Assembly: GCF_009834535.1 (NCBI RefSeq)
Contig: NC_045707.1
Coordinates: 61,134,001 to 61,198,000 of the forward strand
Length of the DNA: 64,000 bases
Source of the DNA: Camelus ferus
Taxonomy: Eukaryota
Direction: 5' to 3'
Of the stretch, positions 26,305 through 37,551 are shown piece by piece (within the stretch, counting starts at the first letter, position 1; every line of letters starts with the position of its first letter). The notes beneath the pieces are model-generated. The model was given only the letters and a program-made list of their open reading frames with translations. It searched no databases and had not been told where the DNA came from. Made by a program: the position numbers and the translations under genes.

Positions 26305-26510
26305 TTAGGTAAGTGTGCTAAATGCTTTACACATCTTATTAATCCTCTCTGCATCCCTATGGGGAAAGTGGATTAATCTCCCCATTTTGAAGACACTGAA
26401 GCTAAGGTTTATAGAAGTTAAATCACTCAAGGCCCCACACCGAAGGAAAAGCTAGGCTTTGAACTCATTCTGCCTGGTGCCAGCCTCTATGCTCATAAGC
26501 GTGTCCCATG
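26305..26510 (-). mobile_element. MIR SINE
   Basis: tgtgctaaatgctttacacatc...tctcccattttgaag...agaagttaaatcactcaaggcc. Confidence 0.75.
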
Positions 26511-27392
26511 CTGTCTACATTCTTGGCAGAGGATGCTGGTCCTGTGCTCTTTTGCCAACTGTCCGTCCAGTGATCGTAAAGTGACAAGTTACCTCTGGGT
26601 CAGCAAGGAGACAGGCACATTTCCCTGTAATACATCGTTCACCAGGCCAGCCTCCTTTTACTAGAGCTTAGGAAACTTACATTTTCCGTTGAATGTTTTC
26701 GTTCAGGGTTAAAGACAAGTGATCAACAAAAACAGGATTACAGAAGAAAACATTTTAATATTTTAGTAGAAGTCGGTTAATCAGCAAGTATTTCTTAAAA
26801 TCACACTCTGTTCTTAACATTGCATAAGGTGCACGGGGTGGGAATGGTGTTTCAGTGGCACGTCTCGGCCCTTGACAAAGAACTTACAAGCTCCACAAGA
26901 CGACATGAAACTACAGGGATCCAGAGGCATATTTTTAAGTGCTGAGTGCTTTGACTCTGAGTATTAAGGGTGCTCGGGGAAGGGGGTGGTTTGTGTGGGT
27001 CTTTCATGTGCTGTTTTGAAGAATGTAGATAACTGCTATGTCTTAGGGAATTGGAGAATTTAGAAAGCAGAAGGAAGTGAGGCACTGAAGAGAAAAATCT
27101 GTTGTTCTTATTTTGTTGTTGTTGTTCTTATTTATTCCACACTGAATGCAAACCCAATGGTGAACAAGGTATAAAAGAGGGGGCGGCTGGAAACCTCAGG
27201 GGCGGGCTTTTACTGCACGTAACAATGTGTGCTGAATCAGTCCATTGTCTTCTGTGCTAATATCAGGAGGATGGATGGCGCGCAGCCAGTTCAGTTGTAC
27301 GTGTTGTTTGCAAAATGTTTGAGTTTAAACGTTTATAAATGCTTGTGACTGTAAACTCAGTAATGGCCAGTGTGTTAACCCATTGTGTTAAT

Positions 27393-28300
27393 TGTGAACT
27401 GGTTTTACTACCCGACGCTTCTGACACAAAATGTGGGTTTCTTTTTTTCTCACACCAAGCAGTTCTCCATTCTCTGAATACTAACCGGGTGTCCTATGAT
27501 TCAATTCATTTCTGACACCAACGACCCAGAGTTGGCACAGACCCCACAGGTTAAGGGCTCAGTCTCACAAGACTGTTCCCATTTCAGGTGCCAATCTCAA
27601 GTCTTAGACCTCTTGTACTTCTGACCAATTGGCTTGACATGGGAGGTGCCCTGACCTCCTCTTCAGGTTTGATAATTCGCTGTGGTGGCTCACAGAACTC
27701 AAGGGAACACTTTACTTACTACAGTTTATTATAAAGGAGACAGATGAACAGCTAGATGAAGAGGTGTATAGGGTGAGATCTGGAAGAACCCCAGCAAGGA
27801 GCTTCTGTCCCTGTGGAGTTGATGTGCACCACCCCTCTCAGCACGTGGGAGTGTTCACCCACTCAGAAGCACCCTAAACCCTGCCATTTAGGAGGTTTTA
27901 TGGAGGTTCTACTATGTAGGTATGATGATTAATTATTGGCCATTGGTGATCGAACTCACCCTCCAGCCCCTCTTCCCTCCCACAGAGGTCTGGGGATGGG
28001 ACTGAAAGTTCCAAGTTTCTAATCAAGACTCAGTCTTTCTAGCAGCCATCCCCCATCCTGAAGCTATTAAGGCACCCCTCAGTGAAGGGTCATCTTGTTT
28101 GTACACCAAAGGCACTCTTATTGTGCAGGGAATTCCATGAGTTTTAGGAGCTCAGTGCCAGGAACCAGGAACAGAGACCAAATATTATAACAGAAGATGC
28201 CTCTCTCACCCACCCTTGCTCAAGAAATTCCGAGAGCTTTAAAATCGCTGTGTCAGGAACTCAGGAAAAAGACCAAATATTTATTTCTTATTATATCACA
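27393..28300 (-). mobile_element. ERVL LTR, MER21B/C-like
   Basis: ttctgacacaaaatgtggg, gggtgtcctatgattcaattc, cagaccccacaggttaagggctcagtc. Internal repeated ttttaggagctcagtgccaggaacc...gaccaaatat unit; terminus ttattatatcaca. Confidence 0.9.
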
Positions 28301-28539
28301 ATCATCAAAGCATGTAACTCAGTTTTCTTGAACAAAACACAATCATAGATTATAATTATATCTACAGAAAGGTTAGGCAGGAGTCTGCTTGTTGGGCCGG
28401 GTCATGTAAGTCTGTGGCAGCTCCCCGGCTGGTGGAGGGGGCAAATAAAGGGTCCCAGGAATCTCTTTGTGAAGCTCTACCCAGACAGATTACTTATTCT
28501 CTCAGCAGTGTGCGCCTACTGCATTTCATGCAGTTGTTT

Positions 28540-28876
28540 ACTATCCTCTAAAGCAATCAATCCGAGAAACAAGGTAAAAGTTCCAACACCTTTTCTGACC
28601 TAGCCTTAGACGTCACACAGCATCTCTTCCATGGCATTATCATGGTCAAGGCAGTTAAAGGTCTGCATAGATTCAAGAAAAAGGAAAATATACCCCACCT
28701 CTTGGTGGAGAGTGCTAATATCACATTTTAAGAAGAGCATGTAGCACTGGAATTTGATACAACATTGTAAAATGACTATAACTCAATAAAAAAATGTTTA
28801 AAAAAAAAAAAAAGAAGAGCATATAGGATAGAATATATGTCCAGGTGACCATTTTTAGAAAATGCAATCTGCCACA
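28540..28876 (-). mobile_element. MaLR LTR fragment (MLT1H-like), interrupted by a short L1 tail
   Basis: ccttttctgacctagccttagacgtcacacagcatc...agattcaag...ccccacctcttg...aatgcaatctgccaca. Confidence 0.75.
28745..28811 (+). mobile_element. Ultra-short L1 3'-tail insertion with 15-bp TSD
   Basis: gatacaacattgtaaaatgactataactcaataaaaaaatgttt + poly(A). TSD aagaagagcatgtag (28730-28744) / aagaagagcatatag (28812-28826), preceded by ttt (TT/AAGA endonuclease-type site). Confidence 0.9.
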
Positions 28877-29039
28877 ATATGGAAAGCATGTAACCACACA
28901 GTGTTCACAAACATTAGCTATTATTAATCTTACTACGTAAATGCTTTCTTAAATAATGAATCAATGTTTCGTCCTTTGACTAGAGCTTTATACTGTAGTT
29001 AAATAATTATTTACTGAATAATATTCATATACCTTTTTT

Positions 29040-29630
29040 ATGCACTCATCTGTTTTTGGACATTTAGGCTTTTTCATATCCTAGCTATTCTGAATAATCC
29101 TGCAATGAACATGGGAGTACACGTATCTCTTTGAGATACTGATTTTGTTTCCTTTGGATAGTTACCTAGAAGTGGGATTGCTGGATCATATGGTAATTCT
29201 ACTTTTAATTTTTTGAAGACCCTCCATACTGTTTTCCTTAGTGGCTACACCAGTTTACATTCCCACCAAAAGTGTACAAGGGTTTCCCTTTCTCCATATT
29301 CTTGCCAACACTTGTTATCTCTTATCTTTTTGATAAAAACCATCTTGACAGGTGTGAGGTGATATCTTATTGAGGTTTTGACTTATATTTATCTAATGAT
29401 TAGTGAACATCATTTCAAGTACTCATTTGCCATTTGTACATCTTCTTTGGAGAAATGTCTATGCAAGTCTTTTTCCCATTTTTAACTGAATTATTTGATT
29501 TTTTGCTATTAAGTTGTATGAGTTCCTTATGTATATATGAGATCAACCCCTTAATGGATATATAATGTGTAAATATTTTCTCTCATTCTGTAGGTTGCCT
29601 TATCATTTTGTTGATTATTTTTTTTCTACT
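29040..29630 (-). mobile_element. L1 fragment (L1MA/MB-type ORF2 3' end)
   Basis: gaagtgggattgctggatcatatggtaattct...ctccatactgttttcc...acattcccacca. Confidence 0.9.
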
Positions 29631-29639
29631 TTAATTAGC

Positions 29640-30345
29640 TGGCCTTCTACTATGAGAAAAAAGTTTCTCCTTCCACGATATTTATTTGAATTAATGGATT
29701 CTTATTTTTGTTAAATGAATTATAATGCAGTACTGTCAGTTAATTCATTTTGGTCCTCAAATTGTCCCAGACTTGGCCCGTGGGTGCAGTTAAAGCTGGT
29801 TCCTAAGCCTTTTTGACCTATCTCCTGTGTTAGTCTGTTCAGGCTGCCATAACAAAATACCAGAGACTAGATGGCTTAAACAGCAGAAATTTACTTCTCA
29901 CAGTTCTGGAGTCTGGGAAGTCTAAGACCAAGGTGCCAGCCAGTTTTGCTCCTGGTGAGAGCTTTTTTCTTGGCTTGCAGATGGCCACCTTCTCTCTGAA
30001 TCCTCACATGGTGGAGAGAGAGTTCTAATGTCTCTTCCTCTTTTTATAAGGTCACCATCCCTATTGGATGAAGGTCCCATCCTCACAACCTCATTTCACC
30101 TTTATCAACTCCTCACTGGTCCTGTCTCCAAGTACAGTCACTCTGTTCACAGGTTAAGGCTTCTATATAGGATTTTTGAGGAGACACAAACATTCAGACC
30201 TTAACATCTTCCATCTTTGGAGTACTTCCTTACTTTTTAATATAACAAGGTAGTCCAAACGTTCTTATATTCTTTGTCTCAGCCCTTCTTCTAAGCTCTG
30301 GTTCCTTTTGGTGAGGAATGGTGCTTGGAGATGAGATCTGCAAGG
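29640..30345 (-). mobile_element. L1MC-type 3' fragment interrupted by MLT1A
   Basis: ctcaaattgtcccagacttggcc...aagctggttcct; resumes gagtacttccttacttt...ctctggttccttttggtgaggaatggtg. Confidence 0.65.
29826..30206 (-). mobile_element. MaLR solo LTR (MLT1A-like)
   Basis: tgtgttagtctgttcaggctgccataacaaaatacc ... gacacaaacattcagaccttaaca. Probable 5-bp TSD tctcc/tcttc. Confidence 0.9.
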
Positions 30346-30929
30346 AAGCATTCGTGCAGGTCATCTAATGTTGAGGCTATGAAGGCAGAAAATAGTTAAA
30401 TAGTGAATCCGTGAAAGGGTTAGAAAAGCTTCCTTGAAACAGAAAGTGTAAAAGACAGTAGGGCACTTCTCGGCCCTTGTCTAAGATGTTCCCTACATGA
30501 TATTATTTTTGCATCCAATCAGTCCAAAGCAGTAGTTTGAAAGCCATAGACCTAGGCTAAGTGGAAGTGAGGATCTGCTGAACACTAACTCAGGAAAGTA
30601 GAAAAAACTGAGAGATAGTAAGAGGTCAGGATGCCAGAAGAAGGTACAGCACTTGTGGGACACCAGCTTTTCAGAAAACTGGTCAAAACCAGCAGACAAA
30701 GGGCCTTGTTTCAAAATAGTGACTGTAATTTAACCAATCATAAAGCTGAGATGATACTCCAAGGCTAATAATATGGTCTTAGAGACCATTTGTAATTTTT
30801 GACTTAAGCTCTATTTCAAAGGTCCAACTTCCCTATGCAGGATCAGATTTCCCTGCCTTGCACTGAACTCAGACAATCTTTGTCTATCCTAAATCTTTAT
30901 ATTACTTAGCCTTACTGATTATTTAGGAT

Positions 30930-31110
30930 GAGAGACGTAGTAGGGAGGAAAGGAGCCCTGGCGCTGGTACTCACTAATTATACATCTTTTGATGACTAAT
31001 TGGCTTACTGTGTAAACCTAAGTCCCTTGTCCTTTCTGGTCCTCAGTTTTCTTATGCACAGAATGAGAGGCTGAGGCTAAATTATCTCTAAATTCTTTTC
31101 TAGCTTTCAA
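30930..31110 (+). mobile_element. MIR3-like SINE
   Basis: ctttctggtcctcagttttcttatgcacagaatgagaggc...tctctaaattcttttctagct. Confidence 0.6.
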
Positions 31111-31312
31111 GCTCCATGAAACCTTCCCTGCCTAAAAATCTTTAAAGTGTGTGAATTAAACTAGCAGATCAAGATAAATTACCAGAGTTGCTGGGTGCAT
31201 TACAGAATTAAAGTCTTCAGAGCCCCAGCAAGCCTGCTTTTTGGAGCATGCTTTCTTTTTACAGCTGTGAGGAGAGGAATCAGCACACAAGCTATAACTT
31301 CATATGACTAAT

Positions 31313-31328
31313 GGTAACCATGGCGACC
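31313..31328. promoter_or_regulatory. Candidate RFX X-box site
   Basis: ggtaaccatggcgacc, a near-palindrome similar to the RFX consensus GTTRCCATGGYAAC. Confidence 0.4.
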
Positions 31329-32191
31329 ACTAAATATTCCTTCTAGACCTTGCATCTGCACAGCTCACTGAAGCAGAGGAAATAAACGTTGCTGCTTTGA
31401 AAAATGATAAAAATAATCTGAACCAGCGACAGCCTTGGAAGGAAAGGAGAGATCTCACATCTGAAGGTCGAGCCATTTCATCTCATTATCTTTCAGGCCT
31501 TTGTTCAGTCTCGGGAGGCATTTGATGCCAACTGAATGGATGGGTCACAGGCCTGAGGGATCTAGCGTGAGACTTCTGAAGTACTTGTCTAATTTTTAAC
31601 GAAGTTTCTGGGGTTCTGACAATATGTGCTAGGTTGGTGTGATGCCCTGTAAGGTTGAAATGCTGAAAGTGAACATCAGGACACCAAAAGAGGACCCTCA
31701 GGCTGCCAGTAGTTCTTGATGTCAGGTCACCTTAGTGGTTTAAGGCTGGAGTGACTAGAAGACTGGCCAAGGTCAGATCACACTCAGAGAGCAGGAACAT
31801 GGGCGAGAGAGCCAGGCCTCATGGAGCCTGCAAATTAGACAAAGAGAAAGGCTGACAGGCTGACTTCACCTTGGTAAAACATAAGACAGTCACCAGGAAG
31901 ACTAATGCTTGTGGTGCAGTCCAGGAGAGTCACCCAGGAAATGCAAATGAGCGGACAGTGGAGGAGGAGGTGGGGTCCGTGAGAAACCAGAGAGCATGTG
32001 GCCTGTCTCAAGAGGGCAGCCTATTGCTGCCATGGGAGGTTGCAGATTCAGAGTTCCCATTTTCCAAGAGAGGCTATACATCTGGATTTTTAAAAATATG
32101 AAATGTCTTAATTATTTAATGTTGACATGGTATGTGCTGCCATTTTTCATCCTCTGAAATTATAGTTACCTTTTGAGAATGAAACTAGGAA

Positions 32192-32259
32192 ATGCAGAAA
32201 TGGGATTCTGTATAATGATCTGTACAATAACCATGAGACCATGGACATTCCAAATTCAA
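32192..32259 (+). repeat. 68-bp dispersed direct repeat, copy 1
   Basis: atgcagaaatgggattctgtataatgatctgtacaataaccatgagaccatggacattccaaattcaa; 65/68 identical to 33551-33618. Confidence 0.95.
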
Positions 32260-33550
32260 ACAAGTTGGCTTGAGTCTGTAATGTCAGGGAGGCACAACTG
32301 TGTGTGATGGTCTTGGAAAAAGTTGGTGCTTCGGTAATTACACTGTGCTTAGTTTGGAGAAAGAATATGTCAACAGATAGATGATCTGCATGGTAGGTTT
32401 AAAAGGGTCCAGAATGACACACATTGCAGTCCATCTCCAGTACCAGAGGTAGGGACCACATTTCCAAGTGGCTTGTCAGTCTTCCCAAAGCCATCTCCCA
32501 ACAGCTCCCTTCTCTGCACTGTTTTTCACCTGAATTCCAGTAGACACACTGGCATGAAGAACCCAGCCTTGAGGCGTCCTATGCTTTAGACTACTCTGGG
32601 GTCTGTACCTAAGTCATAAACACCTGACTAGGGTGAGGAGTGACGGGACAGAGAGAGCAAGTGGGCAGTCTCAGACAGAGGACAGAAGCCAACATATGTA
32701 GAATTGACCGCTACCCTATCCACTGTGTTACCTCACTGGGGACTAGTCTGGGCATTGCCTGATGAAACTTAGTGCCTGGGGTTCAACAGGGGTCAGTGGA
32801 TCTCTTTACCCTTTTGAAAAGCATGCTTACTTTCTAGCTTACAGAGTTATTATAGGAAAATCTGAAAACTGGGAAAAAAGAAGAACCTGTAATCATATCA
32901 TGAAGTAGAGATGAAGAGACAATTCTCAGAAAAAAGAGAGATCAGCCAGTAAAGTATTATCTTGTGGGAAATTACTTTGATGCAATGGTGGCCTCCAAGT
33001 ACCATTCCAGACAAGTTATTACAGAAGTCATGGAACAGAAAGGCTCACAGACCAAATTAACATGTTGGAATTATGTAGTTCATTGAATCAATTTAAAACA
33101 CAGATTGAGAGACAATCGGAAGAAACAACACACTCAGGGCAGGTACATGCGGGCAGGAGGACCATGCTACCTGAATCCCGTGCTCCACAGTGTTCATATG
33201 TCCCGACTCTCTGCCACATCAGCCTTCCTTCCTGGACATGTGGATATGAGGACCAGGGGATGAAGGGAAGCAGATGGAAGATGCTCGGAACCAGAACATA
33301 TTTCTTCCCTGGGAGGGATGGAAGGGCAGGCATACTGAACAGTATACTGAACACAGCTGCAACTCCCTGATTAGCCTGATGGGCACTTGTGCATTTTCTA
33401 AGCAGAGGATATGTGGGCCAAAATGGGGTTACATCAGGTGTCACCAATGTATGGATGATTTAGGGATGACATAGCCATCAATCTGGAAATGGCATTTGTG
33501 CCTTACTAATCATAAAGGTTACTTGTGTAGCTTTTGAGCCATTGCCTCTC

Positions 33551-33618
33551 ATGCAGAAATGGGATTCTGTATAATGATCTGTACAATAACCACGAGACCA
33601 TGGACATTGTAAATTCAA
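33551..33618 (+). repeat. 68-bp dispersed direct repeat, copy 2
   Basis: atgcagaaatgggattctgtataatgatctgtacaataaccacgagaccatggacattgtaaattcaa. Confidence 0.95.
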
Positions 33619-34689
33619 GGTCTGTTTTGAATTTCCCCTTAAGAGCTTAAACCAGAACTATTTTAATGGAGGCCTTTAGGTCTGTGAATGCCCCAAACCT
33701 GCAAAACAAGAGAGTAAACAGGTGGAGTGAGGAGTGGAGGACAGAAGTCAAGAGAGGAGCAATACTAAAAGGGCAGATGGAGAAAGGGGGAAGACGTGAA
33801 GGGGATGGAGCAGGAACAGTCAGAGAGCTGGAAGGACCAGGAGAAGATACTGTCCCAGGTGGTCCATAAGTCCTGAAGATGAGAATGTCTCAGTGAGCAC
33901 ACCCATCTAGCAGGGAGAAGGGGGAGAGCCAGAGCTGGGGTAGCCCCTGCCATTCAGGATGGAACGTAAGGGAGAGAGACTGTCTAATGCAGGGTGCTTC
34001 ATCCTATACGGGTGGGGAAGAGTGGTGTCAGGCAGAAAACCAAGGTCCCATTTTGGGTTCTCCTCTGAAATCACATCGCTCCACAGTGGGGGTTTGTAGC
34101 ATCCCACTACCTGCCCCTTCCTTTCATTCTGCACTTCAAAGGGGTCTGCCTATGTGCACATTCTTTTTCCGACGTCTAATTCTGACTCAGAAAATTGCTG
34201 GTTTCAACTCTTTTGCCAGATGGCTGAGGAAAGAGCAATTGACTGTTAGTGCTGAATGCCTGTGTTGGAGCCCAGAGCAGCCGATTCCAATTAACATAAG
34301 AGCAGAACAGGGCTCCTAACAGGCAAGTGTGAAAGATGGGATGATAAAACCTCATCCTGGCTGAGAAAGGAGAACACACAGCATCCTCTCTCCTCTCAGA
34401 CGCTGGCCCCACCGTTGGGTTGAGAGGGGAATGGATTTATGAACGAGAGGGGACTATGAATCAGGACTCCCAGAACAACGCCCTGGGTTCCTTTCTGCTT
34501 CTCTGGCAGGGAGTGGTCTTCACAGTCACATGTCAGAAATCTTTGTTATTTGTTTGAGTGGATGAAGTGCAATGTTGTTTTCAATACAACTACCTGTCTT
34601 CTCAAAGGAGACTTATTTCCTAGAAGTGAGTGGCACTAACCTTTAGGGGGTGATACAGATGAAGAGCTCTTGATTTGTGTACATTTTCT

Positions 34690-35510
34690 TTTGAAAATTT
34701 ATCGTTTTTGGTAAGTAATACATTTAGAGAGGCCAAAATAAAAATGAAATTAAAAGATCTAAGTTGACATATTTTGTTCCCACCCCATTTCCATCTTCCC
34801 TAAGTCCTTCTGTCCTTCGTAAGGAATCATTTTAATTATTCCCTTGCTTATTCTCCCAGTACTTCTTTGTGCATGTGCAAACATAAATGTATTTAGGTAT
34901 GTGTATTTATATATGTGCATGTATGTGTATATATGTACATTCTTATTTCCCCTTTTTTCCCATAAAAGATGGCATATTATATATACTATATTATGCTTTG
35001 TTTTTGGTACTGAATAATTTTTTGGAGATCTTTCCATATTAATACATAGAGAGCTTCTTCATTCTTTTTTTATTTCTATATCATATTCCACTGCATAGAT
35101 GTACCATAGTTCACTTGACCAGTCTCTAATTTTGGACACTTGGATTGCTTCCATTTTTTCGCTATAACAAACCATTCTCAGTGGGTAGTCTTTGATTATA
35201 TCCTGCGGTGTATGTGTAAGGTAACTGTAGGACAGAAGCATCCTAGTTCACAAGCATCTGTAGTTTTGGTAGACGTTGCCAGATACCCTTCCATGAAGCT
35301 GAACATTTCACACTCCCTCTGGTACAGGCGGAGAGTGCCTGTTCCCTGAAGCTTTGGTAACTGAATGTTGTCAAATTTTGGGGTTTTGTTTGTTTATTTG
35401 TTTTTATTAGTCTGATAGGTAATGAAACAGTAGCTCAGGGTAGTTTTAGTTTGTCTTTCTCTTATTATTCTTTCTTCAGATGATAGAATATTTTTATTTC
35501 TCTTTGTTTT
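34690..35510 (-). mobile_element. Old L1 (L1ME-type) 3' fragment
   Basis: ttttggagatctttccatattaatacatagagagcttcttcattcttttt...atgtaccatag...tggacacttggattgcttcca. Confidence 0.8.
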
Positions 35511-35659
35511 CATGATCTCTCAGAGAATGATTATGACATGATGATGCAGGGAAACCAAATCTTTCCAGGTGCTCCACTCTTGGGCTGTAAGGACTTCCTA
35601 AGACCCTGGGCTCTTGGCTGTGTCCTTGTGTGTTAGTTTATTACTTCACACTTCCTTTT

Positions 35660-35860
35660 AGTGGTTAATAATTGTACTAATAGCCACCATTTATTGAGTG
35701 TTTACTATACACCAGACATGGTCCTAAGCACTCTGTGTATTAGCTCATTTACTCTCCAAAACTAACAAAAACAACTTTATGAAGGAGGGTTGCTCTAATC
35801 TCTATATTCAGATGTGGAAACTGAGGCCCAGAAAGGTTAGTAACTTGTCACAAAGGCAGT
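35660..35860 (-). mobile_element. MIR SINE
   Basis: aatagccaccatttattgagtgtttactatacaccagacatggtcctaagcact...cagatgtggaaactgaggcccagaaaggttagtaacttgtc. Confidence 0.9.
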
Positions 35861-35866
35861 CTGTCC

Positions 35867-35969
35867 TAGGGTGAACAACTGTCCCGTTTTTCCTGGGACC
35901 ACCTCAGCTTTAGCACTGAAAACTCCATGGCCCCACAAAGCCCTCATTCCTGGGACAGTTGGGAACCTG
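35867..35969 (+). mobile_element. MER81 hAT-Blackjack MITE
   Basis: tagggtgaacaactgtcccgttttt...tttagcactgaaaactcc...tgggacagttgg, with degenerate terminal inverted repeats. Confidence 0.75.
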
Positions 35970-36978
35970 GAGTCTTTGCTTACCACTATTAAACTCCTCT
36001 TAAGACCAAAGGGGTCTGTCTGTGTGCTGGTCATCAGAAGAATGGGGGAGGTGATGGTCCGATAGTATCATGTGTGAGACTTAATTTGCAGATTCTTAGT
36101 TTTAGTCAATTAGCTGGATGCCAAGGCAACAGGAAAAATGAGAGTGGGGCCATCCCCTCAAATCAGGGAGCAGCAGAAATGGCCATAAGGAGCGAGCAAT
36201 TCATGCAACTACTGTCATGAAAAACCCGCGTGGAGATCTAGTTAAAAAGCTAATAATTGCCACCACGGTTCATGAACAATGTTCATGTGTTATCTCAATT
36301 GCTCCTTGGAGGAGCCCTGTGAGATGGGTACCAATATCACATCCATTTTACTGAAGAGAGGTTAAGAAAGTTCCTGAAGCAAGGTTGATCAAAACCCAAG
36401 CTGTCTGCCTACAAACCCTGGGCTTTTAAGCATTATCTTTTACCTAAAAACACACACATATTTGATCCCTAACTGGATCCTTAATGACTATCGGCAGGAA
36501 AGGCTCTCAGACAAAGGAAGTCTGAGTCTTTGCGCTGGCAGCGAGGGATGCTGGCGTGTGCTGGAGCAGAGCAGCTCAGCAGCTAAGCGATTAGAAGAAA
36601 TGCCTTTGAGCGTTTCCAACAGCTCTGGCGAGTATCTGAGGGAACGAGGCCTCGTGTAAAACACGCCGATGCTGTGAAGAGCGGCCCAGAAGCTTCTGTT
36701 CTCTTTCTGCCACCTGGAGCCAAGCGGGGCCAAGCAAGTCTCACTTCAGCTCTCTGAGTTTAATCACCTTAAGTATAAAATGGAGATAATTGTTTCTTAC
36801 TTGCTTCAAAGAGAATCTTTTGAAGACCCTTCCAGTTCTAAGATTCGTGACTATCCGTATAGTCCTGATTTCTCAAGCTACAGGATCCTTGAGGAAAATC
36901 AAGGCCTCGTCATAGGAAAATGCAAGTGCATTGTCCATATAAATTGATGTAACTCAAGAATGAATTTGGTTAGAGTCC

Positions 36979-37551
36979 TGTGGTAGACAGAATTTCTAAG
37001 ACGGTCTCCCAAAGAGGCCCTGTCCCAGTTATGTTGCACAGCTGATCTTAAAATAAGGAGGTCGTCCTGAATTATCTGGTAGGCCCATTGTAATCACATG
37101 AGCCCTTAAAAGCCAAGTGCTTTCTTTGGCTGGTGGCAGATGAGGCCAAGGAAGGAGAAAGGGTAATGGGAGAGATTTGAAGCACAAGGACACTGGACAC
37201 ACCATTGTCAGCTTTGAGGATGAAAGGATACTTGTGCCAAGGAATGTGGGCAGCCTTTAGGAGCTGAGAACAGCCCCTGGCTGACAGCTGGTAAGGGACT
37301 GGGGACTTCAGTCCTACATGTGCAAGGAAGTGAATTCTGCCAGTAGCCTGAATGAGGAAGGGAATTCTTCCCTAGAGCCACCAGATAACCTCCCGGCCTG
37401 ACCACACTTTGATTTCTGTCTCGAGACCCTAACCAGAGAACCAGGGAAGCCCACTTGGATTTCTAACCGGCAGAACTGTGAGATAATAAATGGAGGTTTT
37501 TAAGTTGCTGAATGTGTGGTCTTTGGTTATAGATCAACAGATAACCAGTAC
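36979..37551 (+). mobile_element. MaLR solo LTR (MLT1E-like)
   Basis: tgtggtagacagaatttctaaga...taatcacatgagcccttaaaagc...gccaaggaatgtgggcagcctttaggagctgaga...cagaactgtgagataataaat. Confidence 0.9.

Noticed and set aside
26190..26314. Exon-like segment ending in TAG|GTAAGT
   Set aside because: Weak purine-rich acceptor context, and the donor coincides with the edge of a MIR; probably fortuitous.
28130..28285. Internal duplication (…gtgccaggaacc…gaccaaatat twice)
   Set aside because: From recall, this is a built-in feature of MER21-family LTRs, not a local event.
32192..33618. 68-bp repeat pair as a CRISPR-like array or LTR pair
   Set aside because: Only two copies with no regular spacers, no TG...CA ends, no TSD and no internal coding sequence.
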